Notes: a model not told the origin generated them from the letters alone. Counted from the first letter of the stretch, positions 47,801 to 62,800 are shown. The stretch: DNA of 64,000 nucleotides from Rhizaria sp. SCN 62-66 (GCA_001724265.1 MEDY01000010.1:1-64000); one strand, 5' to 3'. Program-made: numbers and translations.

Positions 47801-50800
47801 TCCTGCTCCTGTAGACGACGACCCGAACGGCGGAGATGGCGGTAACGACAATGACAAGACTGACGATAACATCGCATCGAAGCCTGCTACCTCTCGCCGC
47901 ACCGATAATAGCAAGACTGCCGCGAGGCAGAAGCAGTGGCAGTACCGGCTCCCCGCGCTCACCGTCGCCGACGCGCTGCCCCCACCGATCTCTGCCGCGG
48001 CTGCCGCGTGTCTCGACGCCGTGCTGCACCGCGTCGAGGCCTCGCGTGCCGCCGCCGCGACTCAGCCGCTGCTCGACGCGTTGTGCAGCCTGGCCTACGA
48101 CCCCGCGGCCGCTGTCTGCAGCGACGCTGACCTCGCTCTCTTCGGCCGCGTCCGCGCCTTGTACCGTGCGCACGCGAAGACGCACGCCGGCGTTGGCGCC
48201 AAGACCAAGGGCCGCGTTTTGATCCCGCCGCAGCTGCTCACGGTCGCCTGGGAGCGCCACCCGGCGCACCTCGCGTCGCGCGCGGCGGGCGTGATTGCGT
48301 GGAGCCACCGCACGGACGCTGCGGCAGCGACGGGCGCGCTTGAGGACGCCTCGCTGCTGCCCGCTGGAGCGGCCGCTGCGGCTGCACTTGCCGCCGGCCG
48401 CAATGGCTCAAGTGAGAGCACTGTGCTGGGATATGTCATGAGCGAAGATGGCACTGTAGACGGCGTTTCTGTGCCGCCTGTGCGTATTGCTCGTCTGACG
48501 TCTGCAAACCTTTCTACGGCTGCAACGGAGTCTGTCGCTGCGGTGCCTGTCTTTGTTGCGTCGAGTGAGGACGATACTGTCACTGCGGGCGCTGCGGTGC
48601 CGCTGCTGCAGCCGACTGCGGACGCGATGGTGCCTGCGTACTGGCTCCCGCTTGACTGCCCCGCGCCGGCCCGCAGCGGCATCGCTGCTGCAGTGCAACT
48701 GCTCACGACGTACCTTTCCAGTGATGTCGGGCAAGTGACTGTGAGCGAGGCGGCCGAGATCACTAACAGTGATCATAAGGCGTCCCTCGCTGCGGTTGCT
48801 GCTGGCATCGAGCGTCGTAAGCAGTTCTTGGCCGAGCACGAAGTCAAGTCGGAGTCTCATGTTAATGCATCCCACAGCAGTGGCAAGAACGACTCTCTGG
48901 AGAGCAATGCCTCCAATGCAGTGCTCGTGACTCTTGGCTCTGCGGCCGCGCCCGTGATGCCCCCGACTGCTGTCGGCTCCGCGCTGTCTCTGCTGCCGCC
49001 GGTCTGCGTGCTCCGCCACAAGATCCGGCCGCATCCTCTGTATGCCGCTCTCTGGGAGACTCTCTCGTCACTCTCTTCGCTCTTCACCACTGCGTCAGGC
49101 GCCGCCGACGCGCGCCCGGACAGTTCCGCGGTCCTGCACTCTGCTGCGAAGGCGCTCACGTGGCGCCTTGGCTACCTGGAGTCTCTTCTTATGCTTGCTC
49201 GTGCAGAGTCCGCTGCAGGTGACGCACGCGCCTCTCGCGCTGCGATCGCGATTTCTGCACTGATTCCCATTCTGTCGACGCTTGTGCTGTCTCTACGCCG
49301 TGCCATTGCGCGCGCCGCCGCGGTCTCCGCGCTCACTGCTCTCGCACACCGCCAGCGTGCCCTTATCGCAGCCCTCGTCGCCGCAGCCGCGCTCGTGGGC
49401 GCGTCGCCCGCTGCCACTGCTGCTGCCAGCGGGCTCACTGCCCCGCCGGTCTCGCTCGCGCCCGCCGCTGCGCGTGCGCTTGCCCACGGCCTCTGCGGGC
49501 CCGAGACGCAGCCGCTGATGATGCACTTGCTCACAACCGGCGCCGGTCGCTTTGTCGCGGAAGTGCTGTCCTCTGCGGCGATGCGCGTCGTGTTCCCGGA
49601 CCCGACGCTCGTCAGCACGGCGGCGGCGGACTCCACCGCGCCCGCTGTCCCCGCACTGCTGATTCCGGCGCTTCAGACGGCGACTGCAACTGTGGGCACC
49701 GCGTCCCTGGCTCACCTTGCCGCGGCGCTGTCTGCGCTCACTCCGACGGCGGCGGCGTCGCTCGCGGCCACGCTCGGCCTAGCTGCGCCTAACGCCGCCG
49801 TGACTGCGGCAGCTGCTGCTGCAGCGAGCGCTGCCGCCGCGCTCGCTGCCGCGAACGCTGACAGCGACGCCTCTGACAACGAGGGCGGCATCGGCGACGC
49901 TGCGGTTACTCACGCAGAGGCCCGCGCTGCCAAGCGGTCGACGGTGCGCTTCAGTGACGCGCCCAGCCGCACGCGCCGCGCTGCCGTCACGATTGCGCCT
50001 CCTATGCGCACCACCGGCGCGGCCGCTAATCGCGCGGCGACCGGCAGCGACAGTAACAACGGAGTGACCGTGAGCGCGGCGCTCGTGGCCGCGCTCTGTG
50101 ACCACCCGCTGCTCGACCCCGCCGGCACGGGTCGTCTGCGCCCGCACCCCGCCTCGTGCGCCGGCGACCCGCTGTTCTCGCACCCCTCGGCCCCCACGTC
50201 CCCCGTTCCCGGCGGCGCGACGGGCGCTGCGACGGCCTGCACTGCGGAGCACCTGCCCGCGCTCGGCTTCCCGGCGCCGCTGGGCACCAACCCCGCCGCG
50301 ATCATCGCGTTCCTTGCGCTCTGTGCGCGCACGCAGTCGTTCGCGCAGTCGGCGGTGCTCACAGTCACTGCCGGCGCGACGCTTGCTGGCGTCTTCTCTG
50401 CTGCTGATGCGGTGATGGATGGCGATGCAGGTGACGCTGCCAAGGAGAATGCAACCGTTGCGCGTTCGGCGGCGCTGGCAGCCGCGACAATGACTGCACC
50501 CTTGTGTGCGCAGGTCTCCCAGGTCTTAAAGAGCCTCACAACGGCGCTTGCATCCGCCGCCGAGACGGATGCAGACGTGCACGATGCTGACAGCAATAAT
50601 AGCTACGCTATGACTGATCGCTTTACGGATGCCTTTGGCAACAAGGTGACCGTCACCGCGCCCACAGCTGCCCCACTTACGCTCACGGCCGCTGCCCGCG
50701 CCGCGCCTGCGCTCGCGGCGTGCCAGCGCGCGCACGCCGCGGTGTCTGCAGTCGCTCGCGCGGCCCTAAAGGCCCGCAGTGCGCTGTGTGCAATGGTGAC

Positions 50801-53800
50801 AGAAGAGGCGTTTGTTCCTGTCGCGGAGAAGGCTGTGGCTGCACTCGTGACCCCCGCGAAGAGTGGACATGCGCAGCATGCTGAGAGTGTGTTCGCAAAC
50901 AAGGTTGTCGCTGTGTCGGATGGTGGCGTCAGTGACGTTGGCCACGCCGGTGACGACGACGATGATGATGGCGATAGTGACAGCGACAACGAGCGCGGCT
51001 TCGATAACAGTGACGTTCTGGCGAGTCCCACTGCGTTTGTCGCGTATGACGATGGCGACGATACCAGTGACTACGGAGATGATGAGGATGATGAAGCCGA
51101 CGACGACGATATCAGTAACTCTGGCACGGATGATAGCAATGAGGACTCGACCAGTGAAGACGAGTTCGACGCTCCCAAGCCCTCGAAAAATGGCAAGAGC
51201 ATCACTAATGTCAACACTCGCCGTGCGTTCCCCGCTACCGGCCCCCGTAGCAGCCCTGCTGCTGCCGCCGCTGTTCTGCCGCCGCCGGCCCCCGCTGGCT
51301 CGGCGTGGGCTCGTGGCTACCGTACCGCGTCGCTGCTCGCTACTGCGCGCGCAGCAAGCGCTGCAGCCAACGCTGCGGCTGGCCCCGTGACTGCAGAAGG
51401 TGATGCAGCAAGCGTCACCGTGTTGCTGCCTGCTCTCACGGCTGCAGTGCGTCTCGGCGCTACAGGCGCCTCGCTACTGCCACCGATCGAGGTTGGCGCG
51501 ACCAGGAGGCCAGCAGTCGCAGCGCCGCAGCCCTCTGCATCCACATCTGCATCTGCGATTACCAAGATCGACAGCTCTAGCGCTGACCATGGATCGACCA
51601 CTCAGAACCTGAGTGACGTCAAGACGGATCAGCCAAAGGGTAAGACGGACAAGCCTTTGCTGAAGGACTTTACAAAAAATGCCACGAACAAGAATGCTAA
51701 GAGTGCCGCTTCTAAGACTGCGCCTGCGAAGGACGACAGTGAGAGCGACGATGACGACTTCGAGCTGCCTCCTGAGCCCATGAGTGACTCTGATTCGAGC
51801 TCCGACTCCGATGCTGACTCGAACGCGCGCGAGAGTGAGGCCAAGAGCAACCCTTTTGCCAAGAAGTCCACGGTTGTCGTCCCAGAGCCTGCTGAGAGCT
51901 TCATCAAGAGCGGTGCTCCCGAGACAGCGACTTTGAGCGCGGACACTGTCGACACGTCAATCGCGCAAGGCGCGCCTCAAACAGCAACTGCTGACGTCGA
52001 CTTCTTTGCTGCCGCTGCGGCCGGTCGTGGCCGCGGTCGCGCCGGCGCCGCGCCGCCGCCCGTCCCCGCCCCTGTTCCGGCCACAGTCACCACGACGACA
52101 ACGGTCACGACCACCACCACGACAACAACGACGATGACCACGACCGCCGAGGTCGATGTTGCTGCGGCGGCTGCGAGCGGCATCGCCCCCGGTGCGCCGA
52201 CCGTCGAGATCGCCGATGAGTTCCCGGCCTCACCCTCCGCCGGCGGGGACGCTAGTGGCCGGCCGCGCATCGGCAGCGTCGCTGACCGCGCCTCGCGCTG
52301 GGAGCAGCGCTCGCCCTCGGCCTCTGTCTCCGCCGCCCCCGGATCGCCGGGCGCTGTTAACAGTAGCAGCTCTGGCAGTGCTGCTGCCCGCAGTGCCGCG
52401 CTCTCGAATGCCACCGCGCCCTTTGCGCCCGCGTCGCCGTTCGCGACCGCCCCCGGCTCCCGCGGCACTGGCGCTACGAGTGCTGGCGCGACTGCGGTGG
52501 AGACGCGGCCCCGTGGTGCATCATCGCTGGTGAAGGGTCTCGCGAGCCGGTTCCAGCAGATTTCGCCGTCGCAAGATCATCAGCGCCGCTTCAACTTTGC
52601 TTCCGACAATGCCGCTGACTCTGCTAATGCATCCAGCATTGCTGTCGCAAGTAATGCTGCCGATGAGTCTGCGGCTGTTGATGCCCCTGCAAAGTTGGCT
52701 AAGATCAGGACAAAGACGAGTTGTGATGCGGATAACGAGAGCGATGACGAGGATACGCCGCTCACTGTGAGCGCGCACCTTGCTGCATCCGCCGCGGCGC
52801 ACCGCACCGCTCGGGCGAGCGTCACAGCTGCGGGCCCGCGCGGCAGCGTTGCTCGCGGCAGCGTTAATATCACTGCGAGCGGCCACCATGGGAGCGTCAC
52901 TGGTCCTCGTGGCAGTGTCAGTGGCCCCCGCGGCAGTATCACTGCGGCGCCGCGTGGCAGCATCAGCGGTCCCCGCGGCAGCATCAGCGCCGCTCCTCGC
53001 GGCAGTGTCTCGGCCGCGGCGGGCCCTCGCGGCAGCATCGCGCTTGCTCGTGGCAGCATCTCGGCCGCCGCGACCGCTGCCGCCGCGGTGGCGAGCGCGC
53101 CCCGCGCCAGCTTGACTGTGGGCATGGGCCCTCGCGGCAGTCTTGTCATGCTGCCGACACCGACTGTACGCGGCTCTGTTGCGCTCGGCTTTGCTATGGA
53201 GCCTCTCGTCGACGCGGCTGCTCTCGCCGAGTATGACAACGCGATCGCTGAGTACAATGCCGATATGGATGCTGACGGCAACGCGATGGGTTCTTACAAC
53301 GCCGCTGCTGCAACTCGCAGTGAGGGCGCTGATAACACTGGTCGCCGTCCCCGCCGTCGTCGTGTCGGGGCCTTCGCGCACGCCAACTGCTCTCTTTGCG
53401 CTGCGGTTGTGACTGCCTCACAGTCGTCGCAGGCAGCGGCGGTGTCGCAGTCCCTGTGGGCTGTTGCAGCCCCCGACGCGCTACAGCTGCTCACGGTCGC
53501 TGAGAAGCAGTGGGTTGTTACCGCGCTGCCCGCTCTCACCTGCCTTGCTCCGGCCCTGTTTGGCGCTTCCGCGCCTGCTTCGAGCACCGCCACTGACAGC
53601 ACGAGCGCTATCACCGGGACTGAGCAGAACGCTCTCACAGCGCCCGGTGCGGCTCTGACAGCCACTGCGTTCCCGTCCTACACCGAGTACGGTTCTGCGT
53701 TGCTGCTCAAGTCACCCCTGCTGCACGCCGTCACACTGCATCACGTCACGCGCGCGTGCCATCTTATGGCCGCGCACGGGCTCGACACGCTCCCGCTGCC

Positions 53801-56800
53801 CGCCACGCTCGCGCCCTTCGCCGCCCTGTCTGCAGCCGCGCCTGCTGTTGCGCCGACCGCGGCCGTCGCGCTTGCTGAGGCGGAAGCCAGTCTGCTGCGT
53901 GCGTTCGCTCTCTGCCCTGCTATCCCGGTTACGCTTGTGCTCCTCCGCCGCTGCCGCACCGCTGCGCGCGCACTTCCGGTTATGCTGTCTGCGGCCGACG
54001 CGTCTGACCTGAGCACCTGCACTGTCAGCGGCAAGAACGGCGTTGCTAGTAGTAGTAGCGCTGACGAAGCGCTCTCGCTGCTCTTGAGCTCGCAAGCAAC
54101 GCCATATTCTCGCGCCACAGCGTTCGCGACCCCCGTGCTCGCTTCAGCGACGCCGGCGCTACTCCGCGCAGTCTCGCTCACTACAACGACCGGTTCCCTT
54201 AGCGGCGCTGGCAGCAACGGCGCTGTGACGTCTCGCGGCGTTGCCGCACTGGTGTCCGCACTTATGACGCGTGGCGACCGCTCGCTCGCGCATCTCAACG
54301 TCAGTGGTAACCCTCGTCTTGGTGACACTGGTCTGGCGCTTCTGCTGCCTCTTCTCTTCCCTTCATCTGCCTCCACAGTGTGCAGCTCAAGTCGTGTTAC
54401 ATCGACCGCAGATGCCCGCCCTGCCATCCGCTCTCTGTCCGCGTGTGGCATCGGTGCTTCAGAGTTCTCTGCAACCGCTCTCGCTGCCGCGCTTGCGTGC
54501 GCGTCGCCACGCTTCACCTCTCTCGAGCGCCTCGACCTGTCTTCAAACCCGCTCGGCGACGACGGCGGCGCTGCGCTTCTCACAGTCATCCCACGGTCCC
54601 CCGCCGGCCTACTGCTGCGTTCAGTCTTCCTGCGCGAATGCGACCTGGGCCCCAAGTCCGCCCGTTCTGCGCTGCGCGCGCTCGCCGCGTCGCCGTTGCT
54701 GGCCCGCGTGGACATGGAGGCCTGCCCCGCGCTGATGCATGCGCCGGTGTGGGCGCCCGGCGCGCTGGTGCCGCCGTTCTCGGCCGCGCTTGTCGGCATG
54801 CCGTTCGGCCCCCAGTCGGGCTCGCTGGGCGGCCAGGTCGAGGCGTGCGGTATGGAGCAGCGCAGGCAGTGGGCGCACTGGCAGCATGTGGTTGACGCGA
54901 TTCTAGCCACGAACATCGCGGTCAAGGGCGCTGGAAACGCGAACTTTGCGGATTTTTTGAGTGGCAAGACATCGCCGATGTTGTTTGCGCCGCTGCCGTC
55001 GACGGCCGCACTGCTCCGCGTGCGCGGCCTAACTTCTGATGCCGTATTGACGCAGCTGCACAAGCACATCCTGTCTCTGCCGATCGAGGCCTACGTGACT
55101 GCCGTTGATGCTGCGCTCGCCGACCCTCTGCGCACGCCCACGGCCGGCGATCGCGACAGCGCGCATGCTGTCATGATGCCGGCCTTCAACGGCAACATCG
55201 GCACTTTTGGTGCTCCTTCCACTGTTTCCGCATCTGTTGCTGTTGCACGCGCGCAAGCAGCGGTCCATGCGTTCGCAGTGTTCCGTGCCATGGGCGGGCA
55301 CTTAAGTCAAGCTGCGGCCCGCCTCGCGCGCGCTGTTGCTACGATCCGCACCGCGCGTAACACCGCGACCGGCGTTTATGTGGCTGCGACCGCGTTCTCG
55401 ACTGCAGCCACGTCGCTTCCGCGCTGGCTCGCCGCCGGCACCGCGCAGCCACCGTTCTTGCTGACCGCGTACACTGAGCTCGCACTGCTGCTGCCGCGCC
55501 TGCTCGCGCTCTGCGCTCACGTGCCTGCCGCCGCTGCAGCTCCCGTCATCGCTCAGCCTGCCGGCATGTCTTCTGACGCCGCCACGCCGCTGTTGACTGC
55601 CGGTCTGGGCAACATCGCGGTTGCGATGCAGCAGCCGTTCCTGCCCCTGTGGCTTCTGTCCGCGGCTGAGCTCGCCGCCTCTGTCACGAAGCACGTCTCT
55701 GTCCGCCTCGCTGCGGCCCGTGACTTGGCGTCCGGTGACGAGGCCCGTCTCACTGCCGCCGCGAAGCGCGCCAGCAATAGTACTCCCACCGCGACCGCGA
55801 ACGGGGGCGGTGGTGCGGACAGCGCTGCCGTGTCGGTGGCCAACGTCGGCCTGCTTGACGAAGCGATTGCTATTGTACACGCTGATTTTGGCATGATCAC
55901 GAGCTTTACTACGACTGCGCTTTCGCCGACCAACAGCTCCGTGTCGGAGGCGCACCACGCCGGGTCTCAGGATCACAACGTTGTGGCCACCGGCATGACT
56001 GCGGCTGAGCCCGTGTCGCCGGTCGCCAGCACCGCGTTCACGCACGACGACGACGACCTGGAGAGTGCCTTCGCCCGCGTTCAGTCTGCGCCTGTACCGG
56101 CCCCCTTGAAGCAGTCTCCGTTTGCTCCGTCCACGATCGACCAGGCTTCATCCTCCGCGGCTGAGACTGCAGCTGCGACTACCGCTTCATCGTCCGGTGC
56201 AGCCGCCGCTGTTTCCGCACTGCGTGGCGGGCTCTGCCACCCGCGCCACCTGCCTGTCGCGCTGCAGACTGCGATTGCGCGTGCGCGCACGACTGTGGGC
56301 GCGTTGGGTCCCCGCCGGCTGCGCTGCGTCGACGGACTTGGACAGCTGCGTCAGAAGCTCTCAGCGCTCGCGACCGCGGCGGCTGCCGTTGCTGCGGAGG
56401 CCGCAGCAGGCGCGCGCGACGAGTCGGAGCGCGGGCCTGCGGTGACGGCTGCGCAGACACTGGGACTGCTCGCAAACACCGTCGGTGAGGTCGCGCATAA
56501 TGGCATTCGCGGCAAGGAGCAGATCGCGGCGCTTGTTGCGATCGGCGTTGACGAGGCCATCGCAGAGGTTCTTTGGGATGAGGAGGAGCATGAGGCTGCT
56601 AGCAGCAACAACAAGTCTTCTGCGAAGCACGCTGGCGCTCATGTGAGCAAGCTCTCGTTTGAGAGCGATGCTAAGACGGACACTGCTAGCACTGCCGCTA
56701 GCGGCATGAAGCCGACTGAAGCAAAGGCAAGCAAGTCCGCGTCATCCAACCCCTTTGATGATGGCAACTCTGATGGCGAGAAGTCTGACGCTTCTGATAA

Positions 56801-59800
56801 GAGCGATGGCAGTGATGCCAATGGAGATAGCGACGGCGACATCAGCAACCTGTTTAACAAGAAGGCTAGTAGTTTTAAGAAGCTTGCTACTGCTGATTCT
56901 GACTCGGAGGCCGAGGCTGACTTCGATCTCAACTCAGACTCAGACTCCGACGATATTAACAGTCATAAGAAGTCCACTGGCGTGCACGCGTCTTCGTCGC
57001 CGCGCGCGACCGTGGTCTCCCGCGCTGAACACGCTGTGCGCCGCGCGTGGCGGTCAGTCTATTCCATCACTGGTCTCAACCCCAACGCTGTGCATATACA
57101 CAGTCAAGCGCACGCACACGGCGACCCGTTGTCTCCGATCAAGCCGTCGGCGCTCGACCGTTTCCTACCATGGCGCCAGAAGCAACGGCAGCAACAGCAG
57201 CAGCAACAGCACCCTCACCAGCAGCAGCACCAGCAGCAGCCCGGTGGCGGCGTGTGGGTGCCGCAGTCGCTGCGCCGCTACGAGGGCCACCGCGCCGTGC
57301 TCGCCCGCCGCCCGCTCGCCAAGGCGCTGGAAGACCTCGCCGAGATCGCAGAGGAGGGCCGCGCCGTGCTGCGCTCGCTCCCGCGCCACTTCAATCTCTA
57401 CACACCCGGCGCGCCCGGCGCTCCCGGCGACGTCAACGCCGGCGCCGACGCCGAGTGGGTGAGCGAGCCAGGGCTGTACGTCTGGTCCTGCTTGTTCGCG
57501 CAATTCCACGCGCGCATTCTCTACCTCTTTGCAGCGCGCTTCCACATGCCGCTTGGCGGCTCATCCTCCAGCACCGAATACTCACCGGCGGACATCCTGC
57601 GCTTGTCGGCCTGGCTGCGTGAGTTTGCCCGCACGCAGCACGCTATTGCTGCCGCCACGCTGCCCGCTGCCGCACCTGCCGCACTGTCCGCTGGCGCCGC
57701 TCAGGGTCCCAAGGGCACTGCGACCGCGCTCGCGGCGTTGATGGCGTACTGCCCGTCGTTCACCGCTGTGACGCGGAACGACCTGCCCCCGCCTCCGCCG
57801 CGCGCTGCTGAGGGCGCATACGTCTCGTCGCATCAGGCCGCGGTTGCTGCGGCGACGCTCAAGATGCCCCGTGGCGCGCTGTTGCGCGCGGCGCCCGCGG
57901 CTGTTACCGCCGCGGCAGCGCTGCTCGCCGGCGCAGGCACACACACGCATCACCTGATGTACCCGCTTACTGTCACTGCCACTGCGGCTGCCGCGGGTGC
58001 CCATTCCAACGCTATTGCGAACTCCGTGACCGACAGCGCCGCGCTTCCCGCTATCTCGCCACTGTTCGTGCTCAACTTTGCCCGCACCGACATGCCCGCC
58101 GCGGCGTGCACCGCGCAGACGCTCGCGTACGCGCGCGCTGTCGACTCGCGCTACGTCGCCGCCACGCGCCTGCGTCTGATGCAGTGGGCGTCGAGTGCGC
58201 TGCGCGTCGAGCAAGACCGCTTGCTCACGCTCGCTGCGCCTCCGGTCACCGTCGACGCGACCGCAGCCGGGACCACTACGGGCGCTGAGAAGAGCGCCGG
58301 CGGCTCTGCCACGGACAAGGCTGGCCAGCGTCGCGTGCTGCGCCAGCTCACTGCCTCGGGCCGCCGCATCAACCACACGTGCCAGAACGCAGACGTGCCC
58401 GCTGGCGACGACTGCCACTGCGACGTGTTCGTGTATGATTCGCGCGGCTTCGTGCGCACGACGGCACCGGAGGACTTGTTCTCTGCGCTAGCTGTGGCGC
58501 TGCCTGAGCTCTGGCGCGCCTCGCTCGCAGGCCTCTCTGCGCCTGCTCTTGGTCTTGGTGATGCCACTGCTGGCGCCTCGAAGGTCGTGCGCAGCAGTAG
58601 TGGCTATGATAGCTGCAATGGCGCGACCGTTAGTGTGTATGCGTTGTCTCGTCTCACGCACAGCTACCTTGAGGCCGCGCCCGCTGCTGATGAAAGTGAC
58701 TCAGCGCCCTGTGCCACGACTCTCGCGTCCGCCGCGCTTGACGACGGCGCCGACGCCGTTGAGCTGCCCTGGCCTGTGCCGGGCTCCTTCATGCTCGCAG
58801 CGGTCGCGTGCGTCACGGACGTTGTCAGCATGTTCCAGCGCAACCTCACTGCGCTCTCTGGCATTTCACCCGCTGCAGCTGCTGCTGCCGCCGCCGCTGC
58901 TAACACAGTCAACTCCAACGCAACTGGCATTGCGATCGCGCCTCACCGCGCCGCTGCTGCCCTTGCCGCCGCCGCGTCGTCTGGTGCGCTGTCGCTTACG
59001 CAAGCGCCTGCCTCTGCTCACGGCACGGCTGGTGATGCAAACGGCACTAGTGGGAATGCAGCGGCTGCGGGTGGTGGCGCGTCCTCTGCCGCTGCCATCA
59101 CGCGCTGGGCGCAGATGCAACGCGCGCTGGAGACCGCGCGCGCCGCGCACGCTACCGCTGCTGTTGCAACTGCAACGGCCAACGGGAGAATGAATAACAC
59201 AATGGGCCACGGTGCGAGTGCCCATGAGAGCACCCTTGAGTCTATCCAGAGTGCGATCGTGTCGTCTGGTCCCGTTTTCCCTGCTTTCTTCACCACTGCC
59301 ATCAACGCTGCCACGAACCACGGCCACGACGAACACAGCAACGCCGCGCCGTCGCCCGCCTCTGTTGCGCGCATCACAAGTGACCTGCTCGGCGCCGCCG
59401 GCACGCTGCCTCGCATCGCGCTTGTGGTGCGCTACTTGCACGCGCAGATCAACAACTGCAGCGAATATGCGCGCCGCCTGGTTCGCGAGTGCGGTGAGAA
59501 GGCTGTGGCGCATATGGACAGCACGTACTCTACGCTTCTCCGCAAGAACAGCAGTGTACGCGGACAGACTGCAGTTACTGCCGCGACGCAGAGTGTCTTC
59601 TCTGATACCATCGATGCATGTGCGAAGGAGCCTTCCGGCTTGACTTTTTACAGTGAGGTCTTCATTGACGCTCTCACTGCAGCACGCACTGCTGCACAGA
59701 AAAAGTCGCTCGTTAAGACCGTTTCTAACTCAACATTGACTGCATCCGACGCTGTCGCCACCGCGCGCTTGCGCCGCGCGTACCACTGCGAACGCTCTGC

Positions 59801-62800
59801 CGTGCGCGCCGCGTTCGCTCACTGTGCCGCGCACTTCACGGGCGAGACCGTGGCTCCCTCTGCACAGTCGTCTGCCGCTATCGCGAACGCTGCTGCCTCC
59901 GCGCGCACCGGCTCCGTCGCGCAGTCTCCGTCCGCCGCGGCCTCGCACGCGCTGACGGCGGCCACCCGCACTGTAACTCTGCTGCCCGTTGGCGACAGTG
60001 TTGCGGGCGCCTTTGCCAAGAGTCTGCTGCGTCAGCTCTCTGCGACGCTGCAAGCCGTGCTATACCACACGCACACGCACGCTAACACCGGTTCCAGCGC
60101 GGGGCACGGCGAAGGGGCGCTCTCCGCACTCGCCGCGACGCTCGGGCTCTCGGCCCCCTCTGACCCCACGCCGGTCTCGCTCTCAGCGGCCGCCTCGCTG
60201 CCGCGCCGCCTCGTCGCCGCGCTCTCGGGCTTCGCGGCCTCGGACCCGCTCGCAGCCGCGATGCGCGACGTCCTAGCCGGCGACGCCGCCCGCGCCGCCG
60301 CAGCCACGCGCGCCGCTGGCGCCCTCTTCTCCCCGTCCTGGGCCTTTGAAGACAACGCCGCGCTCGCGTCGCTGCTAGCGCGCCTTACCGCGGCCGAGAC
60401 CGACGCCGCTGAGGCCCTCAGCGCCGCCCGCGCGCGCGTCGCCACGGTCATCACCGCGCTGCGCGGGCTCTACAACGAGCGCGCCGCGCCGGGGCAGGCC
60501 ATCGACGGCGCGCCGACCGTCATGATCTACAACCCTGACGAAGGCTCCGCTGCAGGTGGCGCCGGCGCTGGCGCGGGATCGCTGGCGGGCGCGGCACGAC
60601 TGGGCGCGCTCTGGGGCAGCAACCTGGCCCCCGCTGCCGCTGCCGCGACTGCCGCCAGCGCTGGTGCTGCCGCAGGTGGTCTTGAGCCTGCTGGGCGCTC
60701 GCGCGGCGGCGCCGTCGCCCCCGCGTCCGCCACCGCTGCTGCGGACGCTGCACCGGCCCGCACGCGCGGCCTGAGCGTTGCGACGGCGTTCTACAACAAC
60801 CGCGAGCGCGCTGCTACCGCTGTGCGCGGCCGCCGGCTCTCGACCGTACTCGCCACCGGTAACAGCGGTGCTGCGGGTGGGTCGTCCGCGTACCGGAGGC
60901 AAGACACGATTGCGGAGGACGACGAAGAGGACGAGAACAACGCCGACAGCGAGAGCTCACGCAACCCTTTCGAGGACGACGATAATAACTCCGCACCTGG
61001 CGCATCCGCCTACAGCAACAACAGCAGTGGTGTGGCTGCGATTATGGTCACCTCCTCGCTCACCGCTGGCGACTCCTCGTCCTCCGCCGTCGCCGCCGCG
61101 CTCCCCGCCACGACGCTTGCGACGCTTGCGCTGGTCTCGGCGCTGTGCTCCGGCGCGATTATGGACCGCGTGCGCTCGCCCGCGCACTGCGCCTTCATGC
61201 TTCGCGCCGCGAAGCAGCTCTTCCTGTCCGCCTACGCCAAGGCATTCGCGGCCTACGGCGGTTCGGAGCACCTGCTCGCCGCGCTCAAGGCTACGGTCAA
61301 GGCCGCGCCGAAGAGCGCCCCCGCGGTTGACGCCGCCACGCAGCGCGCCAGGGAGCTCGTCGCCGCGGGTCCCGCAGCCGCAGCCGGCGTGCTGGGCAAG
61401 CACCTGACTGGGGACGACGCGCTGTACCGCTCGCTGTTCGCGGCGCTGACGGCGGAGGCGTCGGCCGAGCTCATGGAACAGCGCGAGTCGATGCTGCGCG
61501 CGCAGAGCCTTAAGCTCAAGAACAAGAGCAAGGCGGGCAATGACGATGACGATGACACCTACGAAAGCGGTGAGATTGGCGACGATGACGAGGAAGACGC
61601 GTTCATCTGGCTCTCGCAGATGCAGACGCAGATCCAACTCGAGAACGCGTCGCTTCTCCGCCGCGCCCGCGCTGCCGCTGCTGCTTCTCATCAGAATCAT
61701 GGAGATGCCGCTTCTGGTGACGCTGTGGACGACGAAGAGCAGGACGACGAAACCCCTGCGGCCGAAGCCGTCGCCGTCATCAACGGCGTCTCGACCTCGG
61801 AGCACGACAACAGCGTCGCGTCCTCCACCGACGCCCGCGCCGACTCGATCATCGCCGCCATCGCGGCCCTTATTTCCCCCAGCGCAGCCCCTGCGGAGGG
61901 CTTTGCGACGCCCGACGAGGCCGAGGCCGCGCTCACCGCGAGCCTCATCGCGCGCCTCCGCCTCGGCTCCCAGGACGACTCGGCGCGCCTGCCCGGCATG
62001 GGGCTGCTGGCGGCGCTGCCATCGCGGCTGCCGCTGCTGCTGCCGGGAGCCGCAACCGCGCTGGACGAGGCCGCGTGCGGCGTGGCGCTCTACCTCAGCA
62101 AGCGCGGCGACCTCTCGCGGCAAGCGCGGCACCGCGTTGTGGCGGCGCTGCTCAGCACCGTCACCACGGGCTACGGCGCCGCGGACCTGCCCCCGCTCAC
62201 GGTTACCGCGGCGGACATGGAGCACGCTGCGCAGTCGGCCGAGGCGACCGTGGTCAACGTGCTGCGGGCCACGCCGGGCAACGCCACGGCTGCGCTGCCC
62301 GCCAGCGACGCCGCCGCGCTGCTGCCGGTCGCCCTGTGGGCCGCGGTGCCCACGGACGCCGTCGCCGCACTGCTGCAGCGCGGCGAGCGTGCGCTCTCTG
62401 AAAGCGCGGACCACAGCGCTTACCACGACGACAGCGGGGACGCCGTCGCTGCGGCTGTGCCTGGGGGTGGGCTGGCTTTGGAAGCGACGCGCGTACTCGT
62501 CGCCTCGATCCGCTCGACGACATCCACCGCCAACAACCACAGCCATGGCCACGGCCACAATAACAACAACAACAGCAACAACGCTGCTGGCGCTGCGCAT
62601 GACAGCGCTGCCCACAGCAACCCGATTGCCAACGCGTCTCTGGTGTCCAACTCCGCGCTGGTCTCGCTGACGGCGCTGGAGAAGGCCCTCGCGCGCGGCG
62701 CCGACGCGCTCAAGACGCAGGTCGGCTTGCTGATGCCAGTCGCGGTCATGCGCGTGGGCGCGCCGTCCCTCGGCGCGCTGCTTGCGCCTGACGCCACGAC

